Shown here piece after piece: positions 33,823-41,455 of a stretch of 64,000 nt of DNA. Each line of letters begins with the position of its first letter. Position 1 is the first letter of the stretch. The notes beneath the pieces are model-generated. The model searched no databases. It had not been told where the DNA came from and worked only from the letters and a program-made list of their open reading frames with translations. The translations under genes and the position numbers were made by a program. The DNA is from Steroidobacteraceae bacterium (GTDB lineage Bacteria; Pseudomonadota; Gammaproteobacteria; Steroidobacterales; Steroidobacteraceae): the NCBI GenBank assembly GCA_036502605.1, contig DASXYI010000004.1:5712-69711 (forward strand), read 5' to 3'.

Positions 33823-36234
33823 ATGAAAAGCCACGCCAGAGTGGTGGTGATCGGCGGCGGCGTCGTCGGCGCCAGCGTTTTATATCACTTGACCAAGGCC
33901 GGTTGGAAAGACGTGCTGCTGATCGAGCGTGCCGAACTCACGTCGGGTTCCACCTGGCACGCGGCCGGCGGTATGCACACCGTGAACGGCGATCCCAATG
34001 TCGCCAAGCTGCAGCAATACACCATACAGCTCTACCAGGAAATCGAAGCCATATCGGGGCAGTCCTGCGGAGTGCACATCACGGGCGGCATCATGCTCGC
34101 GGGCACTCGCGAGCGCCTTGATTGGCTCAAGATGGCCAAGGCGCGCGGACGTTATCTCGGGATGGACCTCGATATCATCTCGGTCGATGAGGCGGCGAAG
34201 CTGTTTCCGCTGTTGGAAAAGAAACACTTCAAGGGAGCGATGTATGATCCCATCGAAGGTCATGTCGACCCGTACGGCGTCACCCACGCCTATGCCAAAT
34301 CGGCGCAGATCGGCGGCGCCGACATCGTGCGTCAAACGCGCGTCACCGACCTCAGGCAGCGTCCGGACGGTTCCTGGGACGTGATCACCGACCGCGGCAA
34401 CGTGCACGCGGAACAGGTCGTGAATGCCGCCGGCCTTTGGGCTCGCGAGGTCGGCAGGATGGTCGGCATCGAGTTGCCGGTCCTTGCCATGGAGCATCAG
34501 TATCTCATCACCGGCGACATGCCCGAGTTGGTCGGCAAGCCGGAACAGCTTCATGCCATCGATTTCGAGGGGGAGATTTACATTCGCCAGGAGCGCGGCG
34601 GCATGCTCATGGGCACCTACGAGCGCGCAGGCGTTCCCTGGTCGCCGGTGACGACGCCATGGGACTTCGGCCAGGACCTGTTGCCCAATGATCTGGAGCG
34701 CATCGCGCCGAGCCTCGAGGTGGGGTTCGAACATTTTCCGGCCCTGGGGGCTGCCGGCATCCGGAAAGTGGTCAACGGCCCGTTCACCTTTGCGCCGGAT
34801 GGAAACCCGTTGATCGGCCCGATCAAGGGCTTGACGAACTTCTGGGTGGCGTGCGGCGTCATGGCGGGTTTCAGTCAGGGCGGCGGAGTCGGTTTGGCGC
34901 TTTCACGCTGGATGGTCGACGGCGATCCCGGCGCCGATGTTTGGGGCATGGATGTCGCCCGCTATGGCGATTGGACCACGCTCGCGTACACCAACGCCAA
35001 AGTGCGCGAAAACTACTCGCGTCGCTTCAGCATACGGTTCCCGAACGAGGAGCTTAACGTGGCGCGTCCGCTTCGCACCACGCCGATCTACGAGAAGCTC
35101 CTGGCCGAGCACGCGGTGTTCGGCGACTACTGCGGCCTCGAACATCCGCTGTGGTTCGCGCCGACCGCGGCGGAAGCGGTGGACCACGTGAGCTTTCGAC
35201 GCTCGAATGCGCACCCGCACATTGCCCGCGAGTGCACGACGGTACGCGACGGCGTGGGTCTCCTCGAGATATCCAACTATGGAAAATTCGAGGTGCAGGG
35301 GCCGGGTGCGGCCGAATGGCTGTCGAAAATCATGGCCAATCGCGTTCCCAGTGTGGGTCGAATCGCCTTGAGCCCGATGCTGAACGAGCGCGGTAAGTTG
35401 ATCGGCGATTTCACCCTATGCCGTCCCTCCGCGGAGCATTTCTTTCTGATCGGCACCTATGCGGCCGAGACCTATTATTTGCGTTGGTTCGAGCGCCACC
35501 TGCCGCCGCTCGGCGTGACGGTGCGGCCGTGCGCCATGCAATACGCGGGATTGTCGGTGGCGGGCCCAAAATCACGTGCGCTGTTGCAAAGCTTGGTGCG
35601 CGACGACCTGGCGACCGGCGCCTTCCCCTTCATGTCCTTCCGGCACATGGAGGTTGGGATGGTTCCGGCCTATGTCGGGCGGGTGTCGTTCACCGGCGAA
35701 CTCGGCTATGAAATGTGGGTGACGACCGACTACCAGCGGACATTGTATGATGCCCTGGTCGAGGCCGGCCGCGAGCTCGGGCTTAGGCCGTTCGGTGGCC
35801 GTGCTCTGAATTCCATGCGCATCGAGAAAAACTTCGGCACCTGGGCAAGGGAATACCGTCCCATCTACGGGCCCTTCGAAGCCGGCCTTGGGCGTTTCGT
35901 CGATCTGAAAAAGGGCGACTTCATCGGTCGTTCGGCAGCCGCCGAGGAGAGGGACAGCGGCGGAGCGCTGCGGCTGGTCGGTTTCAAGGTCGATGCGACC
36001 GACGCGGACGCGCTCGGCGACGAGCCCATCTGGCACGACGGAAAAGTCGTGGGATGGGTAACGTCGGGGACGTTCGGCCACCGCGTCGGGTCGTCGCTGG
36101 CGCTCGGGTTCGTGCCGGCAGCCGTGGCCGCGGCCGACAGCGGATTCGAGATTGAAATCATCGGCGAGCGGCATCAGGCAGTTCGCCTCACGGGAGCCGC
36201 GTTCGACCCGAGCGGCACGCGAATGCGCGGTTGA
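33823..36234 (+). CDS. FAD-dependent oxidoreductase fused to a GcvT-type folate-binding domain (dimethylglycine/sarcosine dehydrogenase-like)
   Basis: 803 aa. ..RVVVIGGGVVGASVLYHL.. FAD fold. The C-terminal half is collinear with aminomethyltransferase (..FTGELGYEMW.., ..GDEPIWHDGKVVGWVTSG..). Confidence 0.9.
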   Translation: MKSHARVVVIGGGVVGASVLYHLTKAGWKDVLLIERAELTSGSTWHAAGGMHTVNGDPNVAKLQQYTIQLYQEIEAISGQSCGVHITGGIMLAGTRERLDWLKMAKARGRYLGMDLDIISVDEAAKLFPLLEKKHFKGAMYDPIEGHVDPYGVTHAYAKSAQIGGADIVRQTRVTDLRQRPDGSWDVITDRGNVHAEQVVNAAGLWAREVGRMVGIELPVLAMEHQYLITGDMPELVGKPEQLHAIDFEGEIYIRQERGGMLMGTYERAGVPWSPVTTPWDFGQDLLPNDLERIAPSLEVGFEHFPALGAAGIRKVVNGPFTFAPDGNPLIGPIKGLTNFWVACGVMAGFSQGGGVGLALSRWMVDGDPGADVWGMDVARYGDWTTLAYTNAKVRENYSRRFSIRFPNEELNVARPLRTTPIYEKLLAEHAVFGDYCGLEHPLWFAPTAAEAVDHVSFRRSNAHPHIARECTTVRDGVGLLEISNYGKFEVQGPGAAEWLSKIMANRVPSVGRIALSPMLNERGKLIGDFTLCRPSAEHFFLIGTYAAETYYLRWFERHLPPLGVTVRPCAMQYAGLSVAGPKSRALLQSLVRDDLATGAFPFMSFRHMEVGMVPAYVGRVSFTGELGYEMWVTTDYQRTLYDALVEAGRELGLRPFGGRALNSMRIEKNFGTWAREYRPIYGPFEAGLGRFVDLKKGDFIGRSAAAEERDSGGALRLVGFKVDATDADALGDEPIWHDGKVVGWVTSGTFGHRVGSSLALGFVPAAVAAADSGFEIEIIGERHQAVRLTGAAFDPSGTRMRG

Positions 36235-36245
36235 GAGGAGGGCAC

Positions 36246-37415
36246 ATGCAGACGATACCTGGCACGCTCGAGACTCACTACAACGGTTTGAAGGAACATA
36301 CCAAGGGCTTGCCGGCGGATGCCTATTTCGATCCGCGGCATTATGAACGCGAGCTGCAGCGTATCTGGTATAGACACTGGATCTACGTCGGCCGTTCCAG
36401 CGAACTCGATCGGCCACGGGCATTCCGCACGTTCGAACTGGGCGATCAGAAGATGCTGTTGGTTCGAGACGATGGCGGCGAAGTGCACGGCTTTCATAAC
36501 ACCTGCCGGCACCGCGGGGCCGCGTTGTGCCGCGACAGCGAAGGCCTCATGAGATCGGGAGCCATCATTTGCCCCTATCATGCGTGGACGTACACGCTCC
36601 AGGGCGACCTCCTGCGCACCTCGTCCAAGCGCCACGCCGATGGTTTCGATGTGGCGGATTATCCCCTATATAAAATCCATGTGCGCGAGTGGAGCGGCTT
36701 CATATTCGTGGCCCTTACCGACAAGCCGCCGCCCTTCGACAAGATATTCGATCTGCCCTTGAATCGGCTCGATGCATGGCCGCTCGAGGAATTGATGGTT
36801 GGCCACGTATTGCTGAAAAACATTCGTTGCAATTGGAAAATCTTCTGGGAGAACTACAACGAATGCTTGCATTGTCCGACGGTGCATCCGCAGCTCTCCC
36901 AACTCGTTCCGATCTACGGCCGCGGACTCTTGGAAGAGCGCGACGACCCGAACTGGAACCTGCACGTCGCTGATCCCGATCCGAAGTTCAGGGGCGGACT
37001 GCGCAGCGGCGCCAGTACCTGGTCATTGGACGGTCAATTGACCGGGATTCCGTTTGCCGGACTTTCCGATGAGGACCGAAAGCTGGGTCACCTTTACATG
37101 ACCAGTGTGCCGTCCATGTTCATCGTCGGTCATCCCGACTACGTGCGAGTCGTACGATTGCGCCCGCTAGGACCCGAGCAAACCGAGCTGCGCGTCGAAT
37201 ACCTCTTTTCCCCCGAGACGCTGGCGAGTCCGGGTTTCGATATACGCAATGTGGTTGACTTCACCAATCTCGTGATGACGGAAGATGCTCAGGTGTGCGA
37301 GCTCAATCAACGGGGACTGCATGCCGCGCCGCATACCGGTGGAGTCGTCATGCCCGAGGAATACGTCATTCGGCAATTCCACGAATGGATTGCTGCTGAA
37401 TTGGCGCGTGTTTAG
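36246..37415 (+). CDS. Rieske [2Fe-2S] non-heme-iron oxygenase alpha subunit (GbcA/CntA/Stc2-like N-demethylating type)
   Basis: SD GAGGAGGG before ATG 36246. Rieske motif CRHRGAAL...CPYHAWTY. Mononuclear-iron block ..NYNECLHCPTVHPQL... Confidence 0.88.
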   Translation: MQTIPGTLETHYNGLKEHTKGLPADAYFDPRHYERELQRIWYRHWIYVGRSSELDRPRAFRTFELGDQKMLLVRDDGGEVHGFHNTCRHRGAALCRDSEGLMRSGAIICPYHAWTYTLQGDLLRTSSKRHADGFDVADYPLYKIHVREWSGFIFVALTDKPPPFDKIFDLPLNRLDAWPLEELMVGHVLLKNIRCNWKIFWENYNECLHCPTVHPQLSQLVPIYGRGLLEERDDPNWNLHVADPDPKFRGGLRSGASTWSLDGQLTGIPFAGLSDEDRKLGHLYMTSVPSMFIVGHPDYVRVVRLRPLGPEQTELRVEYLFSPETLASPGFDIRNVVDFTNLVMTEDAQVCELNQRGLHAAPHTGGVVMPEEYVIRQFHEWIAAELARV

Positions 37416-38541
37416 GAGCCTGTCTAAGTATCTCAGACAGGCTCCAGGTGCCGCTACCACACTCGCCGCACTGATCTTAGGCGGCTGCGGTGCGCCGCAT
37501 CATGCCGGACCCAGCGAAGAGCCGGTGCTGCACATCTATAACTGGGCCGACTATATCGGCTACAACACGATTGCGGAATTCGAGCGCCAGACGCATATCA
37601 AAGTCGTTTACGGACTGTACGACTCGAACGAGACCTTGGAAGCGAAGATCATGGCCGGTCAGTCGGGCTACGATATCGTCAGCACGACGACCGGGTTTTA
37701 CGGCCGGCAGATCAAAGCGCGCGCCTATCAGCCGCTCGACCGCAGTAAGCTGCCGAACTGGAAAAATCTCGATCCTGCGGTCCTCGAGGTTCAAGCGCAG
37801 GCTGATCCCGGCAACCGCTATGCCGTCCCTTATCTGCACGCCATGAACGGCATCGCGTACAACGTGGACCTCGTGCGGGCCCGCATGCCGAATGCGCCCA
37901 CCGACAGTCTGGCGATGATCTTCGATCCGGCCGTGATCGCGAGATTTGCCGACTGCGGGGTCACTTTTCTGGACTCGCCGGAGGACGTCATTCAGCTGGC
38001 GCTCAGCTTTTTGCATTTGGATCCGAACTCGCAGGGTGCCGCGGACTTGCAAGCGGCCGAACGCGTGGTGATGGCGGTGCGGCCGTACATTCGAACGTTC
38101 GACTCCAACGATTATTGGCATCAGCTGGCGTCGAAGGAGATATGCGTGGCCATCGCTTGGTCGAGCGACTACGAAGTGGCGCAGGCGCGGGCGCGCGAGG
38201 ACGGTACCGGCGCGCATCTGGGGTTCATACTGCCCAAGGAGGGATCCAACATTACGTACAACGCGTTCCTGATTCCCGCGTCCGCACCGCATCCGGAGGC
38301 CGCACATAAATTCCTCAATTTCATTCTGGATGCCAAAGTGATCGCGGAAATCACCAATGACATTCACTACGGCAACGACAACTTGGCAGCGCGGCCGTTC
38401 GTGCGCCCCGATATCCTGAACGACCCGGCCGTGTATCCGCCGCCGAATTTGCGCGCGAAGTTGTATCTGCCGTCGCAGCTGGGCGCGGACTACGATCGCT
38501 TGCGCACCCGAGTGTGGACCCGGATCAAGACCGGTCAGTAG
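37408..38541 (+). CDS. PotF/PotD-type polyamine-family ABC substrate-binding lipoprotein (no ABC partner in the window)
   Basis: GTG 37408 overlaps the Rieske gene end and gives MFRSLSKYLRQAPGAATTLAALILGGCG with a lipobox. ..LHIYNWADYIGYNTIAEFE.., ..YDIVSTTTGFY.. and ..AVPYLHAMNGIAYN.. are typical of putrescine/spermidine binding proteins. The ORF-track start 37285 lies inside the Rieske gene. Confidence 0.85.
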   Translation: MFRSLSKYLRQAPGAATTLAALILGGCGAPHHAGPSEEPVLHIYNWADYIGYNTIAEFERQTHIKVVYGLYDSNETLEAKIMAGQSGYDIVSTTTGFYGRQIKARAYQPLDRSKLPNWKNLDPAVLEVQAQADPGNRYAVPYLHAMNGIAYNVDLVRARMPNAPTDSLAMIFDPAVIARFADCGVTFLDSPEDVIQLALSFLHLDPNSQGAADLQAAERVVMAVRPYIRTFDSNDYWHQLASKEICVAIAWSSDYEVAQARAREDGTGAHLGFILPKEGSNITYNAFLIPASAPHPEAAHKFLNFILDAKVIAEITNDIHYGNDNLAARPFVRPDILNDPAVYPPPNLRAKLYLPSQLGADYDRLRTRVWTRIKTGQ

Positions 38542-38546
38542 CGGGG

Positions 38547-38969
38547 CTAGCCCAGGAACTCGAGCCTACATAGCCCGCGCAGTTCGACGGGGCACGAGGC
38601 TAGGTGCGGCACAGGCAGCGCATCGGGTATCGCCGGCAGCGGCAACTGATGCACATCGGCGAGATCATAGGACTCCATGATCAAGCCGGCGTAGCCGGCC
38701 GTGGTATCGGCCGCGAATTCACACCATGCAAGGCCGAAACCCGAGACATCGTGGCGAACGACGGTGGCGGCGAGGCGTCCATGCGGGTTGTCGGCCGGTT
38801 GTTCGATGGGCTGTAGATAGACCAGCGACAGGAGACGCAACGGTACTTGCGTTTCCATGAACGCTCCCGTCGAACTGATGTTGGTCACCCGCCCCGTGCC
38901 GATCGTGGTCGGTGCCGTGATGAATCGAACCAGGATATTGGTCGGTCGACGTGGGCGGCGGTGTTCCAT
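38547..38969 (-). CDS. PilZ domain protein (putative c-di-GMP binding)
   Basis: 140 aa with SD GGGAGGAAG. RRPRRPTN (RxxxR) followed by GRVTNISSTGAF (D/NxSxxG) matches the PilZ c-di-GMP signature. Confidence 0.75.
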   Translation of the reverse strand: MEHRRPRRPTNILVRFITAPTTIGTGRVTNISSTGAFMETQVPLRLLSLVYLQPIEQPADNPHGRLAATVVRHDVSGFGLAWCEFAADTTAGYAGLIMESYDLADVHQLPLPAIPDALPVPHLASCPVELRGLCRLEFLG

Positions 38970-39236
38970 GGCTTCCTCCCAAATAGGCCCGCGGGGTGCG
39001 TATTATTCGCGCGCAACTTCGAGTCGGCAAGAGAAGTTTTTGTTGCGCCACGGCCACAGTTCCCGGCCAGCGTGCGGCGAGTCCGCGAAGCCTTGCTTTC
39101 GCGCCGACAATTACCTGTTTTTGAGACCTACTGCATCTTCCGACAGAGTTGGAAATGTTACTTTGCGCCCCCATGAATGGGACCTACCGCAGAAAGAGGT
39201 GCGGAGGTTATTGGAAAATGGAGTTAGGAGATTGAC

Positions 39237-39326
39237 ATGGTTGGAAACATTGCTCGCTGGGGTACCAACGCGTTGCTGGTCGGCATGGCACTGCTGACGT
39301 ATGCGGTATTCGTCTCGGCTAAATAA
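39237..39326 (+). CDS. candidate 29-aa hydrophobic small protein
   Basis: Below the ORF-track size cutoff. AGGAG at 39226..39230 lies 6 nt before the ATG. Product MVGNIARWGTNALLVGMALLTYAVFVSAK has one transmembrane-like helix. It sits in an otherwise empty 400-nt intergenic region. No homology evidence. Confidence 0.3.
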   Translation: MVGNIARWGTNALLVGMALLTYAVFVSAK

Positions 39327-39373
39327 AGCGCGCACCGGTCGGAAGGGCGTTCGCCGTTAGACGGCGTTCGCCT

Positions 39374-39952
39374 TCATGGCGAGGCGGCTGGCGACGTCGA
39401 GACCACCTCGAGTTCTTCCGCGCTGACGCGTTTGGACTTCCACAGCACCATTCCGTAATAGCAAACGTAGTAGCCGATTACCGCGAACAACAAACCCTCG
39501 GTAAGCGGACTTCTAATCATCGTCGGCGCCGCGAAACCTTGGCTCATCACGTCTGCGCCGCTCGAGCCGCTTGATCGCTCCTTCGAGTACACCTCGACGA
39601 TGCGGTACACCAACCGCCCAACGAAAAGAAGCGACACCGCTACGCCTGTGTAGGTATGCGGCACGTAGTGCAATTGGCCGTTGTACGATTGATAGCGCGT
39701 GCGCTCAGCGCCCCACACCCCCAGCGCTATTCCGGCCACCAAGCCGGCGAGTCCCGACATGAGAAACTGGCTGGACTTCAATGCCATCGGCAGCAGCGAA
39801 CACCCGAGCACGATCAAGATGACGATGCGCAGATTCATGCGAACAGGGCGTATGCGCTGCCGGCCGAAGCTGCGGCGAAGTCGCCGATAAATCAACAGGA
39901 CCGCCAGCACCGCGATCACGTAGGGCCAAATTCGCGAGTAGTCGAATTGCAT
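39374..39952 (-). CDS. hypothetical integral membrane protein
   Basis: The ORF track extends to 40201, overlapping the divergent permease gene. ATG 39952 gives 192 aa, MQFDYSRIWPYVIAVLAVLLIYRRL..., with 4-5 hydrophobic helices. I recognise no family with confidence. Confidence 0.55.
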   Translation of the reverse strand: MQFDYSRIWPYVIAVLAVLLIYRRLRRSFGRQRIRPVRMNLRIVILIVLGCSLLPMALKSSQFLMSGLAGLVAGIALGVWGAERTRYQSYNGQLHYVPHTYTGVAVSLLFVGRLVYRIVEVYSKERSSGSSGADVMSQGFAAPTMIRSPLTEGLLFAVIGYYVCYYGMVLWKSKRVSAEELEVVSTSPAASP

Positions 39953-39971
39953 TTCGTCGATACTACCGCAA

Positions 39972-41408
39972 ATGAGTACCCAGATCTCAGCGGCTTCCGT
40001 GCGCCCGGAACTCATCCGGGGCATGGGACCGTGGGCGGCGATCGCGGTCAATGTCGCGAACATGATCGGTACGGGAGTGTTCTTGAAGACTCGCGTCATG
40101 ACCTGCAACGTGGGCAGCGGCAAGGCCGTGCTCATGGTGTGGGTTGCCGCCGGTCTGCTGTCCCTCGCAGGGACATTTTCATATTCGGAAATTGCCGCCA
40201 TGATGCCGGAAGCGGGCGGCGACTATATCTATCTGCGCCGCGCCTACGGCCGATTGATCGGGTTTCTGTACGGCTGGATGGTATTCGCGGTCGCCCGCGC
40301 CGGCTCGCAGGCAGCGCTTGCGGTGGGGCTTGCGATATTCATGAACGTCGCACTCGGCGGCGCTTTGGAGCGATGGCATGTGCAGAGCGCCGCCATCGGG
40401 CTGCATCTGCACATCGACGGTTTGACGTTGGTCGCGTTGGGGGCGATTTGGGCGGTGGCTCTCATCAATTGCGCCTCCGTCGCCACGGGCGGCCGCACCG
40501 CATTGGTCGTGACCATTGCCAAAGTGGTGTTGGTGTTCGGCGTCGGCCTGGCGGCGTTCGTGTTCGCTCCGGGAAGCTGGTCGCATCTGGCCACCTCGGG
40601 ATTGCAAGGGACTTGCGAGGGGGTTGCCGACAGCGCACGCGGCGGCATTGCCGGCTTCGGAGCCGCCATGTTGGGAGCCCTATGGGCTTACGATGGCTGG
40701 AACAATGTGGCGCCGCTCGCCGGCGAAATTCGCAATCCGCAACGTAATATGCCGCGCGCGTTCGTCGGCGGCATGTTGGTGGTCGGCGCGCTTTATTTGT
40801 TCGTCAACTCCGCCTATTACTACGCGTTGACGCCGTTGCAAATCGCAAGCGTACCGGCCGGTTCGTCGGTGGCCACCGAGGTGCTCAAGCGATTCTGGGG
40901 CCCGGTGGCGGTGTCTTTGACGGCGGCTGCGTTGATGGTTTCATCGTTCGGCTCGTTGCATTCGAGCGTACTGGCGAATTCCCGTATTCCATTCGCGATG
41001 GCGCGCGACGGACTATTTTTTCGCGGTCTCGCCAAGCTGTCGCCGCGATCGAAGGTGCCGATCCGGGCGATTCTGGCGCAGGCAGCATGGGGCAGCGTGC
41101 TGGCGCTTTCCGGCTCCTATGATGCGCTGACGGATTCGGTCATCTTCGTCTCGTGGGCATTCTACGGGCTGAGCATCGCATCGCTGTTTGTCTTCAGGCG
41201 AACCATGCCCGATGCCTCCCGGCCCTATCGAGCGCTGGGCTACCCGGTCGTGCCTCTGGTATTTCTTTTCGTCACGGTGGCGTTGCTGGTCAACACGTTC
41301 GTCGCCGCGCCACGGCAGGCGCTGCAAGGTGTCGCGGTCTTGTTCGCCGGCTTGCCCTTCTACTGGTGGTGGTCACGCCACGCCGTGCCTGCGACGCGGC
41401 TCGTGTAG
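39972..41408 (+). CDS. APC superfamily amino acid permease
   Basis: 478 aa. ..GPWAAIAVNVANMIGTGVFLK.. signature, about 12 helices, and ..GWNNVAPLAGEIRNPQRNMPRA... Confidence 0.9.
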   Translation: MSTQISAASVRPELIRGMGPWAAIAVNVANMIGTGVFLKTRVMTCNVGSGKAVLMVWVAAGLLSLAGTFSYSEIAAMMPEAGGDYIYLRRAYGRLIGFLYGWMVFAVARAGSQAALAVGLAIFMNVALGGALERWHVQSAAIGLHLHIDGLTLVALGAIWAVALINCASVATGGRTALVVTIAKVVLVFGVGLAAFVFAPGSWSHLATSGLQGTCEGVADSARGGIAGFGAAMLGALWAYDGWNNVAPLAGEIRNPQRNMPRAFVGGMLVVGALYLFVNSAYYYALTPLQIASVPAGSSVATEVLKRFWGPVAVSLTAAALMVSSFGSLHSSVLANSRIPFAMARDGLFFRGLAKLSPRSKVPIRAILAQAAWGSVLALSGSYDALTDSVIFVSWAFYGLSIASLFVFRRTMPDASRPYRALGYPVVPLVFLFVTVALLVNTFVAAPRQALQGVAVLFAGLPFYWWWSRHAVPATRLV

Positions 41409-41455
41409 ACTGCGTTCGCCTTCGCGCCCACCCAATCAAGCGAAGGCGGAGGCTC

